Origin: an uncultured Planctomycetota bacterium
GTDB taxonomy: Bacteria > Planctomycetota > PLA2 > JAEUHO01
Length of the DNA stretch: 64,000 nucleotides
NCBI GenBank assembly: GCA_963752285.1
Contig: CAVVXN010000005.1
Location: 416,001 to 480,000, forward strand
Direction of reading: 5' to 3'
How positions within the stretch are numbered: the stretch's first letter is position 1; each line of letters starts with the position of its first letter. Position numbers and translations under genes: made by a program. Positions 27,458 to 37,639 of the stretch are shown here, piece by piece. Below the pieces are notes generated by a model, which saw only the letters and a program-made list of their open reading frames with translations, was not told the origin of the DNA and made no database searches.

Positions 27458-27859
27458 GTGGACCTCCGCGTCGATCCCAGCCGCCCGGAATCGCCGAGCC
27501 GCCAGCTCGTGGACGCCGTCCTCTTCGCCCTCGCCAAGGGGGACCTCGCGGTGGGGGACCGCCTCCCGAGCGTCCGGACGCTGGCCGCCGAGGCGCTCGT
27601 GAACCCCAACACCGTGGGGAAGGCGTACCGCGAGCTCGAGCTCCTGGGCGTGGTGGAGGGACGCTCGGGCGCGGGCGTGTTCGTTACGAGCGAGGGCCCC
27701 GCGCTCGCGCGGAAGGACCGCCGCGGACGGACGCTCGACGGGCTCCGTCAGGCGGTCGAGGCGGCGCTCGCCGCGGGCCACGATCCGGAGCGGATCCTGG
27801 CCCTCGTGGAAGACCACCTGCCCCGGTCCCTGGCGACCGGGATCGCGAGGACCGCATGA
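27458..27859 (+). CDS. GntR family (YtrA-like) transcriptional regulator
   Basis: GDRLPSVRTLA...VNPNTVGKAYRELE...G.G.FV. Confidence 0.93.
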   Translation: MDLRVDPSRPESPSRQLVDAVLFALAKGDLAVGDRLPSVRTLAAEALVNPNTVGKAYRELELLGVVEGRSGAGVFVTSEGPALARKDRRGRTLDGLRQAVEAALAAGHDPERILALVEDHLPRSLATGIARTA

Positions 27860-28590
27860 ACGAGCCGTCGATCGAGATCCGCGGCCTCACCGTCTCGTAC
27901 GGCCGCCGGCGCGTGCTGGAGGGCGTGGACCTCGCGGTGCCCGCCGGCACGACGACCGTCCTCCTCGGCGAGAACGGCGCGGGGAAGAGCACGCTGCTCC
28001 GCGCGCTGCTCGGCGTGGTCCGCGTGGGCGCGGGACGCCTCCGCGTGGCCGGCCTCGACCCGACGCGTCGTCCGGCCGCGGTCCAGCGCGCGGTCGGCTA
28101 CGTGCCCGACCGCCCGGACGCGTACCCGTGGATGCGCGTCTCGGACCTCTTCCGCTTCCTCCGCGCGCACCACGCGGGGTGGGACGCCGCGCACGCCGCC
28201 TCGCTCGTGGAGCGGCTCGAGGTCCCCGAAGACGTGTCCCTCGAGTCGATGAGCCGCGGCCAGGCGATGAAGACGATGCTCGCGGCCGCGCTCGCGCCCA
28301 AGCCCTCCGTGCTGCTCCTGGACGAGCCGTTCGGCGGCCTGGACCCGCTCGTCCGGGAGGAGGTCCTTCGAAACGTCATCGGGGCGCTCGGCGAGACGGC
28401 GCCGACCGTGCTCCTCGCGACGCACGACCTCGAGGTCGCCGCGCGCGTGGCCGACCGGGTGGCGGTCCTCGGGAAGGGGCGGATCCGCGAGGAGGGCCCC
28501 GCCGACGAGATCGGACGCGACGTCGAGCCGAGCCCCGGCGCGAAGCGGCTCCACCGCGCGCTGGCGAGGGTCCACGAGAGGGTCCCCTGA
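27856..28590 (+). CDS. ABC transporter ATP-binding protein
   Basis: GENGAGKST, MSRGQ, LLLDEP and H-loop ATHD; ATGA overlap with the GntR gene. Confidence 0.93.
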   Translation: MNEPSIEIRGLTVSYGRRRVLEGVDLAVPAGTTTVLLGENGAGKSTLLRALLGVVRVGAGRLRVAGLDPTRRPAAVQRAVGYVPDRPDAYPWMRVSDLFRFLRAHHAGWDAAHAASLVERLEVPEDVSLESMSRGQAMKTMLAAALAPKPSVLLLDEPFGGLDPLVREEVLRNVIGALGETAPTVLLATHDLEVAARVADRVAVLGKGRIREEGPADEIGRDVEPSPGAKRLHRALARVHERVP

Positions 28591-30488
28591 TGCGCTCCTT
28601 CCTCCTCCGACTCGGCGCTCACGTCCACAAGGAGGCCCGCGACCAGCGGGCCGTGTTCCTGGGGGTGGCCCTCGCGCTGCCCGTCCTCACGTTTCTCGCC
28701 TTCTGGGCGTTCGGAGACCGCCTCAGCGCGGCGTCGGCCACCGACGTGGCGGGCGCGGTGCTCCCCGTCGCGCTGATCCTCTTCGTGCTGGGCGTCGCGT
28801 CCGACCTCGGCGCGGGCGAGGTGCGCCGCGGCACGGTGGCGTTCCTCCGGCGGACGCCCAACGGTCTCTCGACCGCGTTCTTCGCGAAGGCGATCGCCCT
28901 GGCGCTCGGGGCCGCGGCGATCCTCGCCTGGCAGGCGGCGGTCCTCCTCGGCGCCCACGGGCTCCTGGGCGCCGGTCCGGGCGCCGGGTTCCTCGAGACG
29001 CTCCGCGCGGGCGTTCTCTGTCCGCCGACGATCCTCGTGCTCCTCCTCGCCGGATGGGTCTTCCTCGCCTCGACGTGGCTCCGACACGGCGGCGTGGCGA
29101 TCGTGCTCGCGCCGCTCCTCGCCGGCGCGCTCGGCCTGCCGGCGGTCCTCTGGGCCCGCTCGCACGCCCTGCTGGCCCGCTGGCTGGCGCACGACCTCGG
29201 CGTCGCCTCGCTCCTCGTCGTCGTCGTCGCGCTCCTGCCGCTCCTCGCTGCGGGCGTGGCGTTCGTGCGGGGACGTCGCCACGTGGGATCCGGGTTCGCC
29301 GCGGTCGTGGGCGGGCTCGCGGTCCTCGTCGTCCTGGGCGGGAGCGCGTACGCCTACGCCGGACTGCGCCTCCACGGGCTCCTCGACTTCGCGCCGGGCG
29401 ACGCCGACGTGGTCCTCGCCCAGCCACTGCTCTCGCCCTCCGGGCGCGTGGCGTGGCTCGAAGCGGCGCGCGTCCTCGATGCCCCGGCGCGTGAGCTCAC
29501 CGCGACGCGCGCGTGGCGGATCGACCTCTCGGACGGCGCCGCCGTCCCGGCGGGCGACTGGGGCGAGCCGACCGAGGCGCCTCGCGCACGGGGCACGTGG
29601 GGGAGCCTCGTGCCCCAACCGCGCCTCGTGCGCTACCGCGCCGGCGTCCTCGACGGGGGCCCGGTCGTCGACTGGCTCGACGCCGAGAGCGGCGCGGCCC
29701 TCAAGACGGTCCCCGTGGGGGTCGATCCCCCCGACGTCTCGGGCTGGCGCCGCGAGGCGGCGCGGCTCGCGTCGCGTGTCCGCGACGCCCAGGGACGACG
29801 CGTGTGGCTCCGCGCCTCGGACGGCGCGATCGAGCGCGAGGGCGAGGAGGGGCCGCCGGCCGCGCGCCCGTCCGAGGTCCCGTTCTTCGCCGGCATCCCC
29901 GGCGGCTGGCTCGGGTACGACGCGCGTTCGAAGACGGTCACGCTCGACGCCACGTCCGGCGAGGTCCGCACGCTCGACCGGCCCGGTTGGACCGTCGTCA
30001 CATGGCTCTCGCCCGCGCACGGACTGGCCTGGGGTCCCGAGGCGCGCGTATTCGACCTCGCGACGGGCGAGAGCGCGCCGGTGCGGGGCCGACCCGCCGG
30101 CGCGGGCATCCTCCTCGGCGCGGTCGATCGCGACCGGGTGCTCGTGGCGGGCGGCGGGCCCGGGGCGCGACGCGCGACGCTCTGGAACCCGGTCACGGGC
30201 GAGGCCACCGTTCCCGCGGGCCTGTCGGACCTCGAGGTGGCGTCGTGGTACGTCGCGGGCTTCGACGCCGAGGACCGGCAGGTCTGGCTCGTGGCCTCGT
30301 CCGACGGGACCCGCGTCGTGCGATGGGAGCCGGATGGCGACCGGGCGACCGTGCTGGGGATCTGCGACCGCGACGCGAACGTCTTCGCGCTCCGGGAGGA
30401 CGGGAGCGTCTACGTCCTCGAGGCCGGGCGGCGGATCGTCCGGTACGGGCCCGCGGCGGGGCAGCGCGCGGTGCTCTTCCCGCGCTGA
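28590..30488 (+). CDS. ABC-2-type permease fused to an extracytoplasmic beta-propeller-like domain
   Basis: KEAR motif, E..RGT..FL...P, about seven TM helices, then a beta-rich soluble region; TGATG overlap. Confidence 0.75.
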   Translation: MRSFLLRLGAHVHKEARDQRAVFLGVALALPVLTFLAFWAFGDRLSAASATDVAGAVLPVALILFVLGVASDLGAGEVRRGTVAFLRRTPNGLSTAFFAKAIALALGAAAILAWQAAVLLGAHGLLGAGPGAGFLETLRAGVLCPPTILVLLLAGWVFLASTWLRHGGVAIVLAPLLAGALGLPAVLWARSHALLARWLAHDLGVASLLVVVVALLPLLAAGVAFVRGRRHVGSGFAAVVGGLAVLVVLGGSAYAYAGLRLHGLLDFAPGDADVVLAQPLLSPSGRVAWLEAARVLDAPARELTATRAWRIDLSDGAAVPAGDWGEPTEAPRARGTWGSLVPQPRLVRYRAGVLDGGPVVDWLDAESGAALKTVPVGVDPPDVSGWRREAARLASRVRDAQGRRVWLRASDGAIEREGEEGPPAARPSEVPFFAGIPGGWLGYDARSKTVTLDATSGEVRTLDRPGWTVVTWLSPAHGLAWGPEARVFDLATGESAPVRGRPAGAGILLGAVDRDRVLVAGGGPGARRATLWNPVTGEATVPAGLSDLEVASWYVAGFDAEDRQVWLVASSDGTRVVRWEPDGDRATVLGICDRDANVFALREDGSVYVLEAGRRIVRYGPAAGQRAVLFPR

Positions 30489-30506
30489 GCGGGAGACGGG
30501 CGGGGC

Positions 30507-31493
30507 TCAGCGCGCCGAGATCTCGAGCATCCTCTGGACGGGGCGAAGCGCCTTCTCCTGGATCTCGGCCGGCACCGTCACCTCGGGCTGGAGGTCGCGG
30601 AGGCAGAGGTAGAGCTTCTCCATCGTGTTGAGGCGCATGTAGGGGCACGTCGCGCACTGGCAGCCCGAGTCGGCCGGCGCACCGATCAGCTCCGCGTCCG
30701 GACGGACCTTCCGCATCTGGTGGAGGATCCCCATCTCCGTCGCGACGATGAAGCTCTTCTTCGGGCTCTCCTTCACGTGGCGGACCAGCTTCGCGGTCGA
30801 GCCGATGAAGTCGGAGAGGTCGAGCACGGACTGCTCGCACTCGGGGTGCGAGATCAGCTCCGCGTCGGGATGGTCCTGCTTCATCGCGAACAGGCGCCGC
30901 GCGGTGAACTGCTCGTGGACGACGCAGAACCCCGGCCACAGGACCATCTTCCGTCCGGTCTGCTTCTCGACCCAGCGCCCGAGGTGGCGGTCGGGGGCGA
31001 AGACGACCGGCTGGTCCCTCGGGATCGACTCCACGATCTTCACGGCATTGCTGGACGTGCAGATCAGGTCGGAGAGCGCCTTGATCGCCGCCGAGGTGTT
31101 GATGTAGCTCACGACGACGTGGCCGGGGTACTGCTCGAGCCACTTCGCGAACGCGTCCGGCGGGCACCGGTCGGCGAGGCTGCAGCCCGCGTCCGTGTCG
31201 GGCATCACGACGATCTTCCCGGGGTTCAGGATCTTCGCCGTCTCGGCCATGAAGTGGACGCCCGCGAACGCGATCACGTCGGCGTCGGTCTTCGCGGCGG
31301 CCTGCGAGAGGCCGAGGCTGTCGCCGACGTGGTCGGCGAGGTCCTGGATCTCGCTCTCCTGGTAGTAGTGCGCCAGGATCACCGCGTTTCGCTCGTGCCG
31401 GAGGCGGTCGATCTCCGCCTCGAGGTCGAGCGACGGGTCGATCGGCGCGCGGTCGAGGAGCGGGAGGGGATGCGGTGCGGCCGTGGGGGTCAT
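30507..31493 (-). CDS. nadA: Quinolinate synthase
   Basis: [44 protein letters not shown] and CPYM. Confidence 0.97.
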   Translation of the reverse strand: MTPTAAPHPLPLLDRAPIDPSLDLEAEIDRLRHERNAVILAHYYQESEIQDLADHVGDSLGLSQAAAKTDADVIAFAGVHFMAETAKILNPGKIVVMPDTDAGCSLADRCPPDAFAKWLEQYPGHVVVSYINTSAAIKALSDLICTSSNAVKIVESIPRDQPVVFAPDRHLGRWVEKQTGRKMVLWPGFCVVHEQFTARRLFAMKQDHPDAELISHPECEQSVLDLSDFIGSTAKLVRHVKESPKKSFIVATEMGILHQMRKVRPDAELIGAPADSGCQCATCPYMRLNTMEKLYLCLRDLQPEVTVPAEIQEKALRPVQRMLEISAR

Positions 31494-32212
31494 CTCGGTT
31501 CCGGTTTCGCCTCGCGTCCCGTGCGTCGGGGTCCGAGCGCGCCTCGACCATACCCCCGATCCGACGGCGAGAGGTCGGGCAGCGGACCCGCTTCGAACGG
31601 GCCCCCGGGCAAGATCTCGGACGCGTGGACGAGCATCCGCCGACGAACGTCCGCGAGGTCCACGTCGCGGTCGAGAAGCTCCGCCATCGACGACATCACT
31701 CCGCCGTCGAGGCCGCACGGGGAGAAGACGCGGAACGTGGAGAGGTTCGGACGGACGTTCAGCGCGAGCCCGTGCCAGGTGACCCAGCGGCGCACGGCGA
31801 TCCCGAGGCTCATCAGCTTCCGCCCGTGTGCCCAGACGCCCGTGTGCGGCGGGCGCCGCACGCCCTCCACGCCGGAGTCGGCGAGCGTGCGGATCCCGAT
31901 CTCCTCCAGGTCGCGTTGGAAGCGATGCAGGTCGCGGCGCGACTCGGTCAGGTGGACGATCGGGTAGAGGACGAGCTGGCCGGGGCCGTGCCACGTCGCC
32001 TCGCCGCCGCGCTCGACGGCCACGACGGGGACGCCGGGCGGATAGGCGCCGCCCGCCGGTGTCTTCCGCCCGAGGGTGATCACCGGGTCGTGCTCGCCCG
32101 TCAAAAGGAGGTTCGGGCAGAGCCCGTTGGCGCGCGCGTGGACCAGTCGCTCCTGGAGGGCGTGGATCTCTTCGTACGGGGCACGACCCCAGTCGTGGTG
32201 GACGCCGGTCAT
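31490..32212 (-). CDS. lipB: Lipoyl(octanoyl) transferase
   Basis: [38 protein letters not shown] and PCG. Confidence 0.95.
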   Translation of the reverse strand: MTGVHHDWGRAPYEEIHALQERLVHARANGLCPNLLLTGEHDPVITLGRKTPAGGAYPPGVPVVAVERGGEATWHGPGQLVLYPIVHLTESRRDLHRFQRDLEEIGIRTLADSGVEGVRRPPHTGVWAHGRKLMSLGIAVRRWVTWHGLALNVRPNLSTFRVFSPCGLDGGVMSSMAELLDRDVDLADVRRRMLVHASEILPGGPFEAGPLPDLSPSDRGYGRGALGPRRTGREAKPEPR

Positions 32213-32274
32213 CCCCTGATCCTCGCCCGGACGAGCGGGGAGGACGAGCGGCGCCGAAGGGAGCGCTGCGCGCG

Positions 32275-32523
32275 CTACGCCGGTGCGGACCCCGGGAGGA
32301 GCGACTGCGCCTTCTGGAGCTGCTCCACCGCGTGCGCGAGATCGATGGAGCTCCCCGCGTGGTGGATCAGGCCCAGGATCTCCTTCGCCGCGGGCTCCTT
32401 GCCGCCGTGGAGCATCCGCTCGGCGGAGCTGCAGTGGACCCGCAGGGAACCGCGCTCTCCCTTCTCCGCCGCGTGGAGGCTCCGCTCGATGGCCTGCTTG
32501 ACCTTGCCCCAGTCCACGTTCAT
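32275..32523 (-). CDS. Small hypothetical helical protein (82 aa)
   Basis: GGAGGT RBS before the ATG; coding-like codon usage; no family recognised. Confidence 0.65.
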   Translation of the reverse strand: MNVDWGKVKQAIERSLHAAEKGERGSLRVHCSSAERMLHGGKEPAAKEILGLIHHAGSSIDLAHAVEQLQKAQSLLPGSAPA

Positions 32524-32954
32524 GTGACCTCCGCCGCCCCGTCTCCGGGACCCCTGTCCGTCCGTGGGAACGAGATCCGCCCCGGGAGCCGGGCCCTACG
32601 CACGTCAGGCCCGACCCTTGGCCGACATGATCCGTCCGCCGCGCCCCAGGGTCAACGTCCGTCGGTTCGAAACGCCAACGGAGGCCCGATATCCGGCCGC
32701 AGCGGGCTCGGAGCCCGCACCGCCCACGGACCTTCGCGAATCACGCGGCCCCTGCGCACGCCAGGACCCCGAGGACCGCGTTGCTCGTCGTCGGCGACCC
32801 GCCTCCGGGGTCGGCTCCTCCTCTCCCCTCGTCCGCCGGGCCCAGGCGCACGCGGGACACCCCGCAGGCGGAGGCGTCATCCTTTCGGGATCGCAACTCG
32901 GGCTTGCATCGACACTTCCGCCGGACACGTCGCGTGCGACATGGTCGATTCGGA

Positions 32955-33995
32955 CTAGGTGGACACCTCGCGGAAGGCCGCCTCCTCCACCAGGTCCGCG
33001 AGGCGCTCCGGGTCCGTGCGCGCGTTCGCCGCGGGCACGGCGAGGGTTCCCTGCACGTACGCGACGCCCACCTGGTTGTCGGTCGCCGGGCCCGCGATCG
33101 CGTCCACCGGGAGACCGCGGTCGCGGAGCCACCCGAGGCCCCCCCAGGCCGCGACGAGATCGTTCGCGCAGAGCACGTGCGCGCGGATCTCGGCCCGGAA
33201 CGCGGGCATCGTGAGGATCGTCTCGACGCCGTAGCACCCGATGATCCCGTCGCCCATCTCGGCCACGACCACGTCGAGTTCGGCGCCGGCCTCCTTCTCG
33301 ATCGAGCGGAGGAGGTGCATCGCTACGGGGCCGACGTCGTCGAGACCGGCCGTGCTGGGGAGCCCGCAGTCCACGAAGGACAGGGTCGCGATGGCGCCGT
33401 GGTCGGTCATGTTGAGGAGGTCGCGCTGCGCGGCGACGCCGGTGAGCTTGACGCCCGCGCACGCGTACCCGCGCGCCGTGAGCTTGGCCACGATCTCGCA
33501 CGCGGCCTGCGTCTTGCCGCTGCTCATGCAGGTACCCGACACCACGATCACGGGTGGGATCTGGGCCTCGGCGCCCGGATCGGGCAGCGCGGCGTCGGCG
33601 ATGTTCACGCCGCGGCCGTCCTTCGTGACCATGCCCAGGACTTCGACGCGGAGCGGGTGCCCGACGTCCTGGTTCTCTCCGATGGCCTCGCCGAGCACGC
33701 AGCCCAGGTTGAGGAGATGGAGGACGTCGCCGGCCTTGACCCGCTCGGGGACCCGGCCCACGTAGCCGCGGAGTGCGTCGCGCCGGCCGAGCGCGCCGAC
33801 CAGCACGTCGCCCTTTCCGACGTGCGCCATGCGGCCGGTCGTGAGCTCGACCTGGTCGTAGACGCGTTTCTCCTCCAGCGCGCGGACCACGAGCACCTGG
33901 CCGGTCCGGACCTCGACCATGCGTGTGAACTCGACCTCCGGCGGGAGCCGGAGCCGCTGGACGACGCTTCCGATCTTGTGGGGACGGATCTTCAC
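32955..33995 (-). CDS. DUF1611-like P-loop protein
   Basis: GTCMSSGKT, KLTG....D, SF.D.GLPST and E.GDG..G; GTG start overlaps the argG stop (GTGA). Confidence 0.75.
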   Translation of the reverse strand: MKIRPHKIGSVVQRLRLPPEVEFTRMVEVRTGQVLVVRALEEKRVYDQVELTTGRMAHVGKGDVLVGALGRRDALRGYVGRVPERVKAGDVLHLLNLGCVLGEAIGENQDVGHPLRVEVLGMVTKDGRGVNIADAALPDPGAEAQIPPVIVVSGTCMSSGKTQAACEIVAKLTARGYACAGVKLTGVAAQRDLLNMTDHGAIATLSFVDCGLPSTAGLDDVGPVAMHLLRSIEKEAGAELDVVVAEMGDGIIGCYGVETILTMPAFRAEIRAHVLCANDLVAAWGGLGWLRDRGLPVDAIAGPATDNQVGVAYVQGTLAVPAANARTDPERLADLVEEAAFREVST

Positions 33996-35224
33996 CTTGC
34001 GCCCTCCCGGCCGCCCTTCGCGGCGTCGCCGCGCGCCTCGGCGCGGCGGGCGAGCATGGAACCGAGACCATAGATCCGGGCGAAGCCCGCCGCCTCCGCG
34101 CCGGTCCACGCGCGGGCGCCCTCGCCGTACGTCGCGACCTCCGGGTCCAGCATCGAGTACGGCGAACGGACGCCGACCACCCGGATCGCACCCCGATGGA
34201 GCCGAACGCGGGCGTCGCCCGTGACGCGCGCGTTCACGCTGTCGAGGAACGCCTCGAGGTCGCGCATCACCGGGTCGAAGTAGAGACCCTCGTGGAGGAG
34301 GTTCCCGTAGAACGAGCCGAGCTGATCCCGCCACCACGCCTGCCAGCGGGATTGGACGACCTTCGTGAGCTCCCGGTGCGCCTGGACGAGGATCAGGGGG
34401 CCCGGCGCCTCGAACGCGAGCCGGCCCTTGACGCCGAGGATCGTGTCGCCCGTGTGGATGCCGCGGCCGACCCCGTGGGGCCGGGCGCGGACGTTCAGGG
34501 CGCGGACCAGGTCGGCGCCGGGCCGGCGCGCCCCGTCGAGCGCGACCGGCACGCCGCGTTCGAACGAGACGACGAGCTCCTCGGGCGGCGCGTCGGACGC
34601 GTCGGGGTCGTCGGTCATCCGATACACGTCGGCGGGGGGCTCGCACCACGAGTCGTGGATGTCGCCGCCGCCGATCGTCGTGCCGAAGAGGCCTTCGTTG
34701 ACCGAGTACGAGACCGTGCGTGCCGGGATCTCGACCCCGCGTTCGGCGAGCCAGGCCGACTCCTGGGCCCGCGACCAGTTGAGGTCTCGAATCGGAGCGT
34801 GGATCGTCATGTCCGGCGCGAGCGCCCGGATCGCGACGTCGAAGCGCACCTGGTCGTTGCCGGCTCCGGTCGACCCATGCGCGACCGCGTCGGCGCCGAT
34901 CTCCTTGGCGAACCGGACCACCGCCTCGGCCTGCGCGGTCCGCTCGGCGCCGACGCTCACGGGGTACGTCCCGCCCCGCAGGCAGTCGCCCTTGATCAGG
35001 TACGAGACGAACCGGTCGAAGACGTCGCCGGTGGCCACGATCGTGCGGTGGTCCACGACGCCGAGCCGGCGCGCGTGGGCCTCGATCCGGCGAAGCTCCT
35101 CTTCCGAGAAGCCGCCCGTGTCCACGGTCGCCGTGAAGACCTCGGCGCCGAGCGTCTCCTTCAGCCAGACCGCGAGAAAGGTGGTGTCCAGCCCTCCCGA
35201 GAAGGCGAGCACGATCCGGGGCAT
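33992..35224 (-). CDS. argG: Argininosuccinate synthase
   Basis: LAFSGGLDT, AHGSTGAGNDQVRFD, YSVNEGL and G.KGR..FEAP. Confidence 0.97.
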   Translation of the reverse strand: MPRIVLAFSGGLDTTFLAVWLKETLGAEVFTATVDTGGFSEEELRRIEAHARRLGVVDHRTIVATGDVFDRFVSYLIKGDCLRGGTYPVSVGAERTAQAEAVVRFAKEIGADAVAHGSTGAGNDQVRFDVAIRALAPDMTIHAPIRDLNWSRAQESAWLAERGVEIPARTVSYSVNEGLFGTTIGGGDIHDSWCEPPADVYRMTDDPDASDAPPEELVVSFERGVPVALDGARRPGADLVRALNVRARPHGVGRGIHTGDTILGVKGRLAFEAPGPLILVQAHRELTKVVQSRWQAWWRDQLGSFYGNLLHEGLYFDPVMRDLEAFLDSVNARVTGDARVRLHRGAIRVVGVRSPYSMLDPEVATYGEGARAWTGAEAAGFARIYGLGSMLARRAEARGDAAKGGREGAR

Positions 35225-35377
35225 CCGACGATCTCCCGGCCCCCCACGAGCCGAACGGCGGATCGTAGGGCGTGCGCACGGGAAGAGGGACCGAAAAGGT
35301 CCGCTCCCTGCGGCGCGCCGCGCGGTCCGCGAGGCGTCGGCGCGGCCTCGGCGGAGCCTCGGCGCGCCGTCCGCGGC

Positions 35378-35406
35378 TTGCGCCCGCCCGCATCGAGGGG
35401 TAGGTT
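35378..35406 (+). promoter_or_regulatory. Putative sigma70 promoter of tRNA-Arg
   Basis: TTGCGC-N17-TAGGTT, 12 nt upstream of the tRNA. Confidence 0.45.
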
Positions 35407-35418
35407 CTGCCGCTCCTC

Positions 35419-35495
35419 GCGGGCGTAGCTCAATTGGATAGAGCGTCGGACTACGGATCCGAAGGTTGAGGGTTCGACTCCTTCCGCCCGTACCA
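35419..35495 (+). tRNA. tRNA-Arg (anticodon ACG), CCA encoded
   Basis: Acceptor stem GCGGGCG/CGCCCGT, D arm AGCTCAATTGGATAGAGC, anticodon arm TCGGA-CTACGGA-TCCGA, T loop GGTTCGACTCC and 3' ACCA; 77 nt. Confidence 0.97.
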
Positions 35496-35500
35496 GTCAG

Positions 35501-35537
35501 GGAGCCCGGGAGCGGCCGTCGAGCCCTCCCGGGCTCT
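35501..35537 (+). terminator. GC-rich hairpin after the tRNA (terminator or processing signal)
   Basis: GGAGCCCGGGAG / CTCCCGGGCTCT 12-bp stem; no clear U-tract. Confidence 0.45.
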
Positions 35538-35596
35538 CCTCGATCCGGCCTCGCGCCGCCGTGCCGACACGCGGGCGGAAGAGGAACGGTCCCCCC

Positions 35597-37585
35597 GTGA
35601 CGAGAGCACGGGCGCTCGGCTGTGTTCTCCTCGCGCTCCTGCTCGGGACGAGCGCCTGGTGGCTCCTCCGCGGTTCCGGCGTTCGACCCGGGCCGAACGG
35701 CGGCGTCCCGTCGGCCCCGTCCGAGGCCCGACCGCCCGAGCTCGTCGGGACCGGCGTCGCGCGTCCCGTCGCACCCGGCTCACCTCCCGCCGCGGAGTCG
35801 AGGCCCGCTCAGGAACCGGCGGGGGAAGCTCGGCGCGAGGCCGCTGACCCCCACCTGCTCGACGGAGAGCTCGTCGGGTTCGTCCCCGCGGGTGAAGCAA
35901 AGGCCCGCATCGTCGTGACGGGGGTCACGGTGGAGTACGAGCCGGTGCCGGCCCACGCGGAGACGACGGCGGGGCCGGACGGACACTTCTCGCTCGACGT
36001 GACGCCGATCTTCGGGGCGGGCACGACGATCGTCGAGCTGCACGTTCGCGCGGACCACCCCGACTACGTGCCGGCCGAGGCGCGCGTCCCCGTGACGAGC
36101 TCCGCGGAGGCACGCGCGCGGCGCTACCACGTCCGCATCCCGCTGGAACGCGCGGGCGTTCTCTCGGGCCGCGTCGAGACGGCGCGGGGCGACCCCGCGA
36201 AGACGACCGTCGCCGCGTTCCGGATGGACGGCGGGAAGCCGACGACGGATGCGGCCTGCGCGGCCGAGTCCGACGCCGAAGGCCGCTATCGCCTTCGCGT
36301 CGGGAAGGCCGCGTCGTACCTGGTCGTGGCCGCGGGGAGCGAGCTCGGCACGCCGGCCCAGGCGCTCGTCGATGCGGCTCCAGGCTCCCACGTGGAGGTA
36401 CCGACGCTCGTTCTGGGGGAGGGGGTCGGCATCCGGGGCGTGGCGCGCGATCTCACCGCCCCCCTCGCGGGCGCGTCGGTCGAGGCCCACCCCGACCGGG
36501 AGGGCGCCGTTCACCTCTCGGTCGGCGGCACGGACATCGACTGGAGGCCGCACCTCCCCGCGATGTCCGGCGCGACGGCGCGCACGGACGTGCGCGGTCG
36601 ATTCGACCTGACGGGTCTCGCGCCCGGCCCCTACCGGCTCCGCGTGGCGCACGCCGCCGGGTTCACGGTCCACGTCGATGCGGCCTTCGACTCGGAGGTC
36701 GTGGTGGAGGCCCCGACGACCGACGCGCGCCTCACCCTCCATGGTTGCCTCGTGACGCTCGCGGTCGTTCGAGACGGGCGCCCGGTCCCGCGCTCCGCGC
36801 TGACGGTGATGGGCACCTCGGGCTGCGTTTCGCTCGTGGCGGATGCGGCGGGCGAGGCGCGGCTCCTGCTTCCGGCGGGAGACGAGATCCAGGTGACGTC
36901 CGCCGACGCGTCGGGCGCCTTCGAGCCCTGGACGTTCACGGCGCCCACGGACCGGCCCGAGACGCGGGAGGTCATCGACCTCTCCACGCATGGCGGGAGG
37001 GCGGCCGTGGTGGTGACCCTCGGCGGTGCGGGTGCGTCGAGCGTCGCAGGGGCCGGCGTCGCGTTCTTCTCTTCGGACACGGATTCGTGGCCCGCAGAGA
37101 CCTACGACCTCCAAGCCGAGGAGGGCCGACTCCGGGTGGAGGGTGCGCCGGCGGGCCGGTTCGTACTGCGTGTGCGGCCTGGAGGACCCTGGTGGGGGGG
37201 GCACGGGCTCTACCGGGAGGAGTCCGTGGAGGTGGAGGTCCCTTCCCACGGCGAGATCGACGTGGGGGTCACCCTCCATCCCGCCGGGCGCCTCCGTGTC
37301 GCGGCGCGGGATCCCGACGGCGACTTCCTCGAGGCCGGGTGCGAGGTCCACGACGCGCGGGGCGAGCGGGTTCCGGTCGTGTTCGTTCAACGGACGCCCG
37401 GCGGCTGGTCGGCGACGGACGGGACGCTCGAGAGCGACGCCATCTCGAGCGTGGACCCGGCCCTCGCCCCCGGCACGTACGAGGTCCGGTTCGCGATGCA
37501 CGGGTACGAGGAGAAGGTCGTGTCGGTGGACGTCGTCGCGGGCGAGAGCCGGGACGTCGAGGTGACGCTCGAGCCCGCGCGCTGA
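35597..37585 (+). CDS. Membrane-anchored protein with carboxypeptidase-regulatory-like repeats
   Basis: N-terminal TM helix; repeats such as TD..GRF.L.GLAPG.Y.L and LAPGTYEVRF...GYE. Confidence 0.78.
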   Translation: MTRARALGCVLLALLLGTSAWWLLRGSGVRPGPNGGVPSAPSEARPPELVGTGVARPVAPGSPPAAESRPAQEPAGEARREAADPHLLDGELVGFVPAGEAKARIVVTGVTVEYEPVPAHAETTAGPDGHFSLDVTPIFGAGTTIVELHVRADHPDYVPAEARVPVTSSAEARARRYHVRIPLERAGVLSGRVETARGDPAKTTVAAFRMDGGKPTTDAACAAESDAEGRYRLRVGKAASYLVVAAGSELGTPAQALVDAAPGSHVEVPTLVLGEGVGIRGVARDLTAPLAGASVEAHPDREGAVHLSVGGTDIDWRPHLPAMSGATARTDVRGRFDLTGLAPGPYRLRVAHAAGFTVHVDAAFDSEVVVEAPTTDARLTLHGCLVTLAVVRDGRPVPRSALTVMGTSGCVSLVADAAGEARLLLPAGDEIQVTSADASGAFEPWTFTAPTDRPETREVIDLSTHGGRAAVVVTLGGAGASSVAGAGVAFFSSDTDSWPAETYDLQAEEGRLRVEGAPAGRFVLRVRPGGPWWGGHGLYREESVEVEVPSHGEIDVGVTLHPAGRLRVAARDPDGDFLEAGCEVHDARGERVPVVFVQRTPGGWSATDGTLESDAISSVDPALAPGTYEVRFAMHGYEEKVVSVDVVAGESRDVEVTLEPAR

Positions 37586-37639
37586 CGTCCCGAGGCGTCG
37601 CGAGGGCGATCCGGAGGGTCTTGGGGTGGGGTGCCGCGG

